Shown here: positions 1 to 11,000 of the stretch, piece by piece
Position numbering within the stretch: the stretch's first letter is position 1
How the letters are laid out: the number at the start of each line of letters is the position of its first letter
Assembly (NCBI GenBank): GCA_050084985.1
Contig: JBITNC010000001.1
Span: forward strand, 98,022,001-98,086,000
Reading direction: 5' to 3'
Source: Nageia nagi
Lineage: Eukaryota; Plantae; Pinophyta
Length of the DNA stretch: 64,000 nucleotides
Notes under the pieces: model-generated
Seen by the model: only the letters and a program-made list of their open reading frames with translations
The model's database searches: none
What the model was told of the DNA's origin: nothing
Program-made: the position numbers and the translations under genes

Positions 1-1560
1 AATAGTTGTCAATAGTTAGGAATTAGGTCACTTGGGGATCAAGCTTGTGCATGTGAAGGTGGACGTCAACATTGGTAAGACCTAGATGTATCCTAAGAGG
101 ATTGCTTCGGTGAGACCCAACTCACTGTATAAGGATCATTCCCCCAATAATTTATAAGCTTGCACAAATGCTCCAAATCCATAGCCACCTTTGCCAACTT
201 GGATATAAATTTAAAGCCATGCATCATTAACCATTACAACTATGTTAACCATGGAAAAGCTATTTGAAGGTGAATGTTAAGCAAAGATAATACTATTACA
301 AGTTTTCCAAATATGAAATAAAATGCTAATTTTGAAAGAGTTCCAAACAGCTTCATGTAAGGGGACAATGAAATTAGGCATATCTCCTTGTAAAGCTTGT
401 TGCCATGTGAATAGGGAAGGCATATTAGGATTAAAAAAATAGAAGTTCTATGCAACCCTGATTTGAGCATAAGTCCAAAATAAATGCATATTATCCTCTA
501 AGGCTCGATAAAAATGGGTATTGCGGGTTATCTACACCAAGATGTTTAAGTCGATCTCCTACAGGTACACTTGAAATCTTCCCAAGGGATCCACCCATAA
601 TTAGCACAAGAAAAGAAATCAACTATAGTGATAATGCCCTTTTTGAAAAATCATTATGTATGCACTCATGGTATTTGCACAAGAGGGGAGCCTTGGTGGT
701 GAATAATAGTAGACCACCACACATTGAGATAATTAATGTAGAGGCCTTTATGGAACCCCTCTCATTTCCATCAAAGCCAAGGCTTGAGTTATTCCCATGC
801 TCAATATATACTTTTAATCATAAAGGACCTCGGGATTTTAATATAAACTGGAGCTACCAATAGGGATGGAAAGTCCATTCCTTTCCAAGCTCAATGGTTA
901 AGAGGAATTCTAAAGGATATGCAATGTTAAAGTAATACCTTCCATAAGCCTTAAAGAGCTTGACTAACCCATTTGGTGCATAGTGTCAGTCCCTACCTTT
1001 TGCATTATAATAGGACTATTCCTCTCAAGCTTTCTAAGAGACAAAAAATGTACCACACTATTATGTGAAACCTCTCCTTAAGGGTAGAGTTAGCCCAAAG
1101 AATGTCTCATAAAAGCTTTCCTAACTTATGACAACAGGTTCGAGAAGGGACCCAACATGATGAATAATAGATTGGGTAGTTGCAGAGGACTTTGGAATAG
1201 ATATGAAATTCCATTCACCAAAGAAATCTTCTTAGTAAGCTAGTATTCTAGGCTTTTCTCAATCTTTTGTATAACTAACTCCCAAAGTTGAGAGGAAGAT
1301 CCTTAAAAAGAAAAAATGAATACCTAAAGTTTTGAAAAACCTCTTCAACTTGAATCTATGCAATTGAAATTGGCTAAGCCACTTCAACATCAGTAAGGGG
1401 GACTATTTGTATCATGACATTTTTTTTCCATTACACATTAGAGCTAGAGAACTTACAAAGTATATCCAAGGTCCGAAGAGCATGTATAAGTGAATCCTCC
1501 TCCTCTTGAATGGTCATAAAGGAGTCATCAACAAAATGCCCATTAACCAATTGTCCTTGT
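1..1560 (-). mobile_element. Decayed LINE (L1-like) ORF2: RT C-terminal half and downstream region
   Basis: Minus-strand translation near 1510-1556 gives GQLVNGHFVDDSFMT (FADD RT motif), followed by a YLG-like region. Downstream sequence resembles the LINE at 13200-16000. Many stops and frameshifts; boundaries approximate. Confidence 0.75.
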
Positions 1561-2136
1561 TAAAAGAATCTTATTTAAACATAAAAATGTGGAGAAATGA
1601 TCAAGGTTTCATAGAATCAAACAATTCTTGTTCTCCATTATTTTCATTTGATCTTGTGATCAAATTTAATTTGTACCTTTAGCTCATATCAAGCATTCAA
1701 TGTACATATATCTATTGGTTATCTTTTTTTGTTCAAAGGTTATCAATTTTGCCATGACCTCAACAACAATGCAAGAATCTTTGCAACATTTTTAAGATTA
1801 TCATATCAATTTCACACATCCTCAAAGAATTTGAAATAAAGATAGAAGATTCTTAAGATTTTACGTAAATTACATAGTGCTCTCAAAAGTTGGATCTAGT
1901 CAAAAAGTAGGAGTTAGAGAAGAGAAGTTCGGGATCACATCAAGGAGCTTGATCTACATATAAAATTTGATGGACCTTAGTAAGCCATGTAGAACACTAA
2001 CTTTATATACTCTTTCCATTAATCCATAGGCTTTGTAAACAAATGGCTCTACCATAATCCTATTTGCATCAAGTGCTTCTGACATGAATTAGGTATTAGA
2101 ATCAAAAGGACCATTAGCCATGAATTGAAAAACCAT

Positions 2137-2236
2137 NNNNNNNNNNNNNNNNNNNNNNNNNNNNNNNNNNNNNNNNNNNNNNNNNNNNNNNNNNNNNNNN
2201 NNNNNNNNNNNNNNNNNNNNNNNNNNNNNNNNNNNN
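2137..2236. other. Assembly gap (100 N)
   Basis: Run of exactly 100 n characters. Confidence 0.99.
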
Positions 2237-3644
2237 AAAATTAAAAATCTAAGAAAAAAAACAACTTAAATATTTAACAAGTTTCCTTACCCCTTTGCAA
2301 CAACCTAAAAATTTTTTTAAAACTTTAAAGGGTCTCAACATAGGTTTTTCATAAAGAGCCTTCAAATCACTAAAAAAGGAATTATACCCTTAAAATTCAA
2401 AAATAAAAACAAAAATTAATTCCTTAAGGTTTACTTTACCAATTGAAAATTGGGAAGCTAAAAGAAATAGTGATTCCAAAGAGATTGGATCAAACAACCC
2501 ACATTTTTCCTTTTCCAAACTTTTGCAAATTTCTATGAACTTAATTGATTAAGATAATAAAATTTTCCTTTTAAAATTTAATTTTCTTTCCAAGTAGTGG
2601 GGCAAAGCCCAAAATCAAAAAATTTAAAATGTTGTCTTAATTTTTAATATGCACTTTTAAAGTTTTCTTCATTATTTTAAAATTTATAAAAAGGTCATCC
2701 ACATAAAGGAAATAAAAGACCTTTCTTTTCCCTTAATTGAAAAAATTATAGTTTAAAGAAAAAAAATTTAAAAAACCAATGTTTTTTAAAAAAAACCTTA
2801 AAATTTTCCCTTGTCCCAAACTCAAAGGGGCTTGTTTAATTTCCAATAATGACTTCTTTAGCTTCCCAACAAAGGACCCCTTTCCTTAAAAAAGGAACCC
2901 CTTTTTTTTTTTGATTCATGAAGATTTTTCACATCTAATCACCATTGAGAAATGCACTCTTAACATCAAGTTGAAAAACTTTTCATCCTTGAGCTACAAA
3001 AATAGCAATGATAATTCTCATAGTAGGCATCTTTACCATGGGAGCAAAGGTTTCCTCATAATCTACATTGTATTTTTGCGTAAAACCTTTGGCTACTAAC
3101 CTTGCCTTGTATCTCTCAATATCTCCAATAGAATTGAACTTGACCTTGTAGATCCACTTATTACCAATCACATTCTTCTCATTGGGATAAGAAACCAAAT
3201 CCCAAGTTTCATTTTTTATAAGCACCTCATACTCCACTTTTATGGCTTTCATCCAATACTTGTGCTTAGAAGCTTCTTTGAAGGTTGAGGGCTCATGCTT
3301 GTTGTCAATCTTAGCAAATAAGGATTTGTTCAAGGTCATGCTCCTTGTTACCCTTTGAGTTGGAGAATTTTGGTCTTGAGATGACTTGTCTACATCAAAA
3401 TCTAACCAACTAGGTGCAACTGAAGAGTTATCTGGATCATCAACATCCTCACTAGAAGTAAATTCTTTAGGAAGTTCATTGAACTTGACATCTCTTGAAA
3501 TGAATACTGCTTTATAGGATGGAGAGTAGAGCCTGTAACCTCTATGCTGATTATCATAACCTATAAAGATGTATTTTTCAATTTTTTTGTCTAACTTCTT
3601 CCTTTTCTTATAAATAATGTAGGAGAATGCTTCACAACTAGATC
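2237..3644 (-). mobile_element. Ty1/copia pol fragment (integrase C-terminus, linker, RT)
   Basis: ORF 2983-3654 contains RKKLDKK..IFIGY..GYRLY..ISRDVKF (copia integrase end), EPSTFKEA, NETWDLV, KWIYKVK, RYKARLVAKGF and DYEETFAP. LYVDDL is readable near 2693-2710. The 2237-2910 part is error-rich. Confidence 0.93.
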
Positions 3645-4460
3645 CTTTAAGCATTAAGTGGATTTACATAGTGGGTTTATATTAAAGAGAGATATTACAA
3701 TATTACATTACAAATTCTAACACTCCACCTTAATGCAATATTGAGATAGAGCATAGAAGAAAGAAGAAAGAGTAAGAGAGATTTATCCTCCATAGAGATA
3801 CAAGTGGAGATGAGAACTTTCACATCTTTGAGAAATAAGCAAGATCTTAGTTTGAGACTCACTACTTTACCATTTTACAAAATGGTTTACAATACAATCA
3901 TTGACCATAATCAGTTTCATTGTACAAAGTAGTCAATCAACACCAAGTTGACATGTGAGCCTCCATGAGCTTGCCCACCCAAAGTAAGTCACCTACATTA
4001 TCAAGAAGAAACCTGTAAGCTACAAGAAGCTCACAAACAAGATCAATTAGATGCATCATATAAATATTCATATCAACATAGGATAAATGAACTAAGTAAT
4101 GCCATCCATAAACTAATCAATGATGCACTATAAGTCATCACTAAGATGCCAAGCCAATACTCATAGTCACCTATTGTATATTAGGAAACATATGTTGATC
4201 AAAATAAAAAATATATCTTAAGCACATATGAATCCCCCACATATGGATAACAAAATAGTTTCAAAAGGCATATACTGATTCCTGACATAGTGATACCTAA
4301 GATATTGCTAGTAGAAACCAATATGTACCATGAGTTCCTCATATAGAGTGACCTAACCATGAAGGTGTACATTATCTGCTAAAAAAATAGTTCTTCACAT
4401 AAAGCAAACTAACCATGAAGGTGTACATTAAGATCAACACTATATAACAAAATATCCTCC
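3645..4460 (-). mobile_element. Copia-type 3' non-coding region, PPT and first ~78 bp of a 3' LTR
   Basis: The PPT (plus strand ctccacctt, 3723-3731) abuts a minus-strand TGTTAG LTR start at 3722. 3645-3722 is near-identical to 6043-6122. The region shares motifs with the 3' region of element E (31560-32920). Confidence 0.8.
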
Positions 4461-4465
4461 TACAA

Positions 4466-4623
4466 ACTAGCTTTGATATAACCCTTTATATATCAAAAAA
4501 CGCCGAGAGATATCATTTCGAGGTATCTATCTCATTTCTTGGTATTGCTATATCCAAGATAGGCGCCTCGAAATGATATCTCTCGACGTTTTTTGATATA
4601 CAAAAGGTTATATCAAAGCTAGT
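4466..4623. repeat. Long inverted repeat / fold-back element (about 66-bp arms)
   Basis: The left arm actagctttgatataacc...cgaggtatctatct pairs with the right arm agataggcgcctcg...ggttatatcaaagctagt with few mismatches. The loop is about 24 nt. Confidence 0.93.
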
Positions 4624-5129
4624 ATTAATAAGATGACAAGAATAAAAACAACAAAGCTCTTGAATGTTAACTTATCACTCCATATACTTAATATATATAT
4701 ATTCAAATAAAAAATATTTTATACTTTACATATCCAAAGTTTTAAAAAGAATCAAGCAATCATTAATTACTTAAAAATTTATGATTCGAATATGCTATTG
4801 ACTACATTTGATAAGTAGTATTAGCGAGGTTGCATGCAACGTCCATAAACAAACAAACATAAAACGTTTAAACCTAGAAGTATTATGAAAGGTACATCGA
4901 GAAGCTATATTTTTTATGCTAAAGCTTCCCCGCAAGATCGTTCTTAACGCGGACAACTTTGTACAATATCACGAACAACTTTATAATCTTATTTGTAAAC
5001 CTCAAGGAAATTTCCAATAGATTACCTCGAACCCAATAAGGAACTTCAAAACCGCCAACAAGTCGAGTTGGCCAAAGAATGTCAATAATGTACCTTGCAA
5101 GCTTATAATAGCACCGTTTCCTGAAACCT

Positions 5130-5137
5130 TATATATT
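5130..5137 (+). promoter_or_regulatory. Candidate TATA box of the HIPP-like gene
   Basis: TATATATT about 85 bp upstream of the ATG at 5218, inside the CpG-retaining region. Position-based inference only. Confidence 0.35.
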
Positions 5138-5217
5138 AATCTTCAATATCACGAGCTTCTTCATTGCACCATTGCTTCGAATGCCATAAGAAGTTTGGAC
5201 AGTTTTTGTGTTATACA

Positions 5218-5223
5218 ATGACG
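5218..5223 (+). CDS. HIPP/HPP-like heavy-metal-associated protein, coding exon 1 (Met-Thr)
   Basis: ACAATGACG followed by donor GTGAGA at 5224. A phase-0 splice is in frame with exon 2. Confidence 0.7.
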
Positions 5224-5377
5224 GTGAGACACCATTTACTCGTTCGAAATTTTCTGTTTTATGTAAATGATCGATCTTTCCAATTTATACTTCTAAAGTT
5301 CATGGAATTCTAAGTCGTAAATCTGTCTGGTTTTCTTTTGAATGAAATAGAAGAAGAGATCCCACGTAGAATTGCAG

Positions 5378-5453
5378 ACTCTGGAGATGCGCGTCACCAT
5401 GGATTGCAGCGGCTACCAGAGAAAGATTCGCAAGGCTCTCTCAAAACTCCAAG
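5378..5453 (+). CDS. HIPP/HPP-like protein, exon 2 (start of HMA domain)
   Basis: Acceptor TTGCAG, then TLEMRVTMDCSGYQRKIRKALSKLQ-G, then donor GTAAAT. This matches the HMA pattern xxEMxVxMDCxGCxxKIxKALxKLxG with the usual phase-1 intron in the Gly codon. An alternative in-frame acceptor (AG ending 5350) would add KKRSHVELQ. Confidence 0.88.
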
Positions 5454-5674
5454 GTAAATGCAGATTTCAAATATTTAACGCTGTTAACCTGAAAGAATAC
5501 AGAATTCTATGGCTTTATTTTAAACACTTAACATGGAAGTTAATAAGGATTTCCTTTTAATATTTCAGTCGGCTATATAATCTTAATTTTAAAAAAATTA
5601 TTTTCCCGCCAATTGTTTAACGGACGGACTCACATGCGATATTTTGCTCCCCCACTCCACCCCCCATGCTGCAG

Positions 5675-5721
5675 CTGTAGAAACGCCTCTCGACGTAATT
5701 AAGTTGTCATCACAAACATGA
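5675..5721 (+). pseudogene. Possible remnant of HIPP exon 3 running into LTR sequence and a premature stop
   Basis: Pyrimidine tract plus TGCAG acceptor ending at 5674. The spliced frame reads AVETPLDVIKLSSQT*, where AVET..DV weakly resembles the expected GVExVDV. Confidence 0.4.
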
Positions 5722-6122
5722 ATAAGAACATCAACATAATAGCATAATAACACAAGCCAATGTGACAATGAACACAAGATGTAAAATGGTTCCTTCCTCC
5801 TTGGGAGTACATCCACTAACCAAGATCTTCTTATTTTCAAGGACTTCTCTTACAAGATCTCTTCCCACATCTCCTAACTCTAAATTTATTGCATAACTTT
5901 GCTTTCAAGTTGTAGCTCATGAGAGGGGGGTACCCCTCTATTTATAAGATGAAACCCACTCTTTAACCTCCTTTTTACCCAGGGGTAAGGCTAATGCTTT
6001 TTCTATATTTATTCCCTTAATGCTTTAAGGTATCTAGAGATACTTTAAGCATTAAGTGGATTTACATAGCGGGTTTATATTAAAGAGAGATATTATACAA
6101 TATTACATTACAAATTCTAACA
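5705..6122 (-). mobile_element. Solo or truncated LTR of the family seen at 3645-3722
   Basis: Ends ...ttctaaca at 6122 and its last ~80 bp match the LTR start next to the PPT at 3722. The left boundary is uncertain (TG at 5705 or 5676). No convincing TSD. Confidence 0.75.
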
Positions 6123-7920
6123 TTTAACTCTTGGTTATTTAATTTACATGTATTTTCTTTATTGCATGCATCATTATCATAAAATATTTCTATCATTATG
6201 AAGTTTTGAGTAAAAGCATTTTTAGATAAACATGGTATAAAATTGAAATTATAAAATAATTCACCATTTATAATTTTGATATTAAAAACAACATCCTATA
6301 TGCTATGAATATGTGGATGTATCTACTTGATGCTTGTAAATCAAATTTTGTGATTATGAGTACCCTTATAAATCACATGCATGCAAAATATGGAAGAAGT
6401 TTTATTGAATTTCTAGGGAATTATTCTAATATGAATTTATATTATTGATGTATTTTTTTCAAAAAAACAAATTTAAGCACCTCTTATGAGAGGAGTTCAA
6501 GAGAAAAATGGATATAAAAACTCTAAAGTAAAAGAAGAGAGATGCAAGTTCACAACTCTCCTCTTTGCAAGTTAGTGATATGTAAATTCCAGTCTATGGT
6601 TATTAGTCTAGATGGTGTGGGTGGACCAAAGTATGAATCCAAAGTGAATTTAATGGAATAGAACCACCAAACATGGAATCTAATTTTAAGGAATAAATCT
6701 ACAAGGATGGACTACCATTTATTTTCACTAAAGTACCTAGTGAGAGTAATTTTAGGTGGATTATGAGAATCAATATTAATAATTTTTTTGAAATCATTCT
6801 TTTGAAAATTAGATTTGTAAAAGTATAAATAGAGAATGAATGGTAAAGCTCTCTTGTATCAATCAATATTATCACTTATATATAAACAACATTATATAAA
6901 TTAATTAAAAAACACATGACTAGGTTGAAGATGTCTACATGATGGATTCAAAATATTTATGCAAAATATTTCTTGAATTTCAAGATTCAATCAACCCATT
7001 TGATAATTGAATTCTCACTTCTATAAACCTTTCAATTTCATTTGTTTTTTATTTAATTGCATAAAAATCAGCCATACCAACTCTACATATTCTATTGATC
7101 TTGAAGTGGTGAGGAAGTTTATATGTGTGATGAGTCTTGAGTCTTAGTTTCATAAGTGTGTCAAAGTGTTGTATTATGTTCATTATTATCCAAGTGAAGA
7201 TAAGGTTAGAGTTATATTGTAACAAGGATCTCTTTGTGAGGTTATGATATTGATTATGTTGGATTGGTTACTAATTTGAGCAAGTGGTGGTGCTCCTCAT
7301 AGGATAACCAGGTACATTACTATCATCATAGTGAGAGTTTCTTACCATTGCATTGTAACTCTTGTTGTAATTCTATCTTCATTTTTATCAATAATATTGT
7401 ATCATTTTTTCGAATATATGATTATTGTATTGGTCATAGTGTTTAAATTGCATTACCATTAAGTAAAGCAATGGATTGATATGAAATATCATTGCAAGAG
7501 GAAGGCCCAATATTATAAGTCCTTGTATGATAAAATAGTTGATAGGATTGTTGTAACAATCCCATGTAAAAAGGTGACAAATTACCTTTTTCATGCTTGT
7601 ACAATCAAACCACATTTGAATCAAAGGAGGTGCATGTTATCATAATTTGGAGTTCAATATGCCACCTTTCTAAAAATCATATGCTTGTAGAAAAAGGAGC
7701 CCAAAATATGTCTCAAAATGGGTCACAAAAATTGGCTCAGAGAAGGAATTCAACTATCCAACCCATAATTTTTCCAAGTATAAAAAAATAGTCCAAAAGT
7801 GATAAGTTGGCCTCATCCACCATATGTTTTGAAATGATACAACTATACCATATGATATGAAATTATCTAAATACACTATATGATATGAAAAAATGATGGA
7901 GATTTCAACATTTTATGTAT

Positions 7921-8061
7921 ATGTGTCTATTTGGTACTTGTAAATCACATAAGAAATTAGGAATAGGGGAGTTTGTGTATTGAATAAGAATCATTTTTTT
8001 ATTAAAGCCTAAATATGTTGCATCTTATGTTCTACTTTCAAATATTTATGTTGAAGTAGGC
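7921..8061 (+). pseudogene. PLS-class PPR protein E-domain fragment
   Basis: Reads MCLFGTCKSHKKLGIGEFVY*IRIIFLLKPKYVASYVLLSNIYVEVG, matching the E motif LLGACRxH...YVLLSNIYAxxG. It has an in-frame TGA and no upstream PPR repeats. Confidence 0.85.
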
Positions 8062-8090
8062 AATTATGTTTCAAACATGAAGAATATTCT

Positions 8091-11000
8091 TGTTGAGATT
8101 ATTGGTAATGCAAATTATTGAAAGATATAAAAAGTACTGCAAAATAATAACCTGAAAAAAAATTAGAAGTCACACAATCCCAAGAAATGTGTGACAAAAA
8201 GCAAACGAAGGAAATTTGATAAGATGGATTGAAATAAACTTATAAGGTTTTAAGTAAGATAAAAAAAAATGCTTTCGAGTCTAAATTAGATTATTTATGC
8301 CAAGGCTCTAAACTTTGATACATAAATTTGGTCGAAGTCTGAAAGGGCAAGGGTGGAAAAGTCTAGAGCCTTAACTTATGCGATTCCTAACAAGACCTAA
8401 CACTATGATCCATATAAATAAATAGCAATAAATTTTCTACCTAATGGTGAAGGTCTAGAAATATTTTCTAGACAAACTTAAGGATCAAGAATGACTGAAA
8501 GCAAACAAAATTCTAAAGACTCATTGAGCAATACTATAGACAAGGTAGGTTTTATATTTTGGGATGATCTAAGTGTGTTCTACTAATAATGATATCAAAG
8601 AGCATATGGTTGGAAAGGTATTGCAACCATCAATCCAACAAAAAGGAAACACACTAAATAAATATCTAGCCCTGAAAGTAAACTGAACCAAACAAAAGTT
8701 ATTTTGAAAAATCATAAAATAATAAACTATTTGCTTGAAAGTGGGAATACAAATAAGTACCCAAAAGTAAAATGATCACAAATAAGTAAATATCACCTTG
8801 TATTAGATATGGAATAACTGTAAGTGTTTCTCAAGAATACAAGCTTTGAAAAGAGAATACATGCCAAACATCCACAAGGTATTGTAGAGCAAATTATGAA
8901 TGCTTTATATTCTAGATCCAAAATGGCAACATAATATTACATTAAGCATCCTACTTAGAATGGGAGACAAAGTCTCTATTTATACAAGAAGAAATAGAGT
9001 GTATAAGGTCCACATGAACTCACAAATTGTAAATCCATGCAAAAATATAAATAAAGCACCCAAAAAAATTAGGAGGTGGAAATGGGCATCATAAACATAA
9101 TGAAGAGGCCACAAAATCAAAGAAGAGTATGGGGATTAGTGAAGAAGTACAAAATTAGATCTATCGTAATAAAAGAAGTAGATCTTGAGTATTCAAAACT
9201 CAATTGTGATCCTACAACATACTAAATTTCAGTAGGTGTAATAATAGATGAATAGTACAAGCGATCAATAAGCATTAGCATTCAAAATCTATTGGAATTA
9301 AAACCATGGAATATTGAATTCCTTCCTTCTCCCCCTTACTATGAATGGGTTGAATTTCAAGTTGATACCAAAGACTAAGGAATAAATCCTTAGGGAGAGC
9401 CTTGGTGAAAATATCTTCAAGTTGATCTTCAGACTTACAAAATATGAATTCCATGAATCCATCAGTCATTAGGTCTCACATAAAATGATTTCATATATCT
9501 ATATGCTTGCTCCTACTATGAAACATCAGTTTTTGATCATATCAATGGTTGTGGTGTTATCAAATGAATGGGAATTGGAAGGGGAGGTGCCTAACCTAAG
9601 TATTAAAACTGAGCCATCAAATGGCTTGAGTGCAAGTAGAGGAGGTAGCCATGTATTCTGCTTTAGTATGGAAAGAGAAACTATCTTTACTTCTTATTGC
9701 TCCATGAGATAAGAGAGCTAAAAAAGAAGAAAGCATATCCAAAGGTGCTTTTCCTATCATCAAGGATTTTGACCTGATTAGCATTTGTGTAGTCTCAAGG
9801 ATGTCAACATCAGAGGATTTATACCATAAAATAAAAAATTGATGCCATTGACATACCAAAGGATCCTCTTAGAGACTTTCTAATGAGATTAATGTATAAA
9901 GTGCATGAATCATAGCCAATGAGGTTAATTGCATACATGAAATTTGGTTAGGTGGTAGTGAATATATCAGATTGACAACAAGTGATTGGTATAAGGTGGC
10001 ATCCATAAGAGGAGTAGAATCCTCCTTCATGAGTTTAGTGCCAACCACTACTAGAGTGTCAAAAAGTTTACAATTTTCATGGAAAACTTGGCAAGCATGT
10101 CATCAAAATATTATATTGAGTGATGAAGATGTTAGATGATGACTATTGAACTTGCATACCAATAAAGTATTGCAAGTCACCCAAATCACTCATATCAAAC
10201 TCCTTAATCATGGCAATTTTGAATGTATGCAACATGAAAGAGGAATTGTTCATGAAGATAATATCATAACATATAAACAAGTGATGATGAAATCATGTAT
10301 GGATACCTTAGTGTGTAGGGTAGGCTTCCATGGAGCATCTATGATAACCATTCAAATGAAAGTAGGTGTCAATTCAAGAATACCAGGCTTTTGGTGCCTA
10401 TTTGAGCCCATAGAGAGATTTCTTCATTCGGTACACTTTACCTTCATGGTCAACAATAGTGAATCATTAGGGTTGATTCAATTCACTTATTCCATAAATA
10501 TCCATTAAGGAAGGCAAAAATTGATATCCATTTGGTATAAACTAAGACCAAGTTGTGATGCTAGAGAAAGAAGAGAGTGAACTATCTCGAGTTTGGAAAT
10601 TGGTGCAAAAGTCTCTTCATAATCAAACCCTTCCTTTTGAACATAACCTTAGCCACCAATTAGGACTTATATTTAACAATGCTACCATCAACATTATGCT
10701 TAAGCTTATAATCCATTTGACTCCAATAACATTCTAGTGCTTTGGAGGAGGGACAAGCTCCCAAGTTCATTCTTCTAGATCTTTTCAATCTCATCCTCTA
10801 TATCCTTTTTCCAATCTTGCAATAGATACTTTAAAGTTGGAAGGATCAATAAGAGAAGAGGACATCAAGGTATAATTGGTGATTTGATCACCCCCTAGCT
10901 TTTGCTGATTCATTCTTCTACTAAAATCTTTGTTCAACATTTGAGATTTTGGATGATCTCTAGAAAGCCATCTCTTGGAAGGAGTTGGAGCCATAGGAAA

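Noticed and set aside
2237-2910. Homopolymer-rich, hypermutated-looking copia RT sequence
   Set aside because: It adjoins the N gap and improves abruptly at ~2910, which fits an unpolished contig end rather than biological editing.
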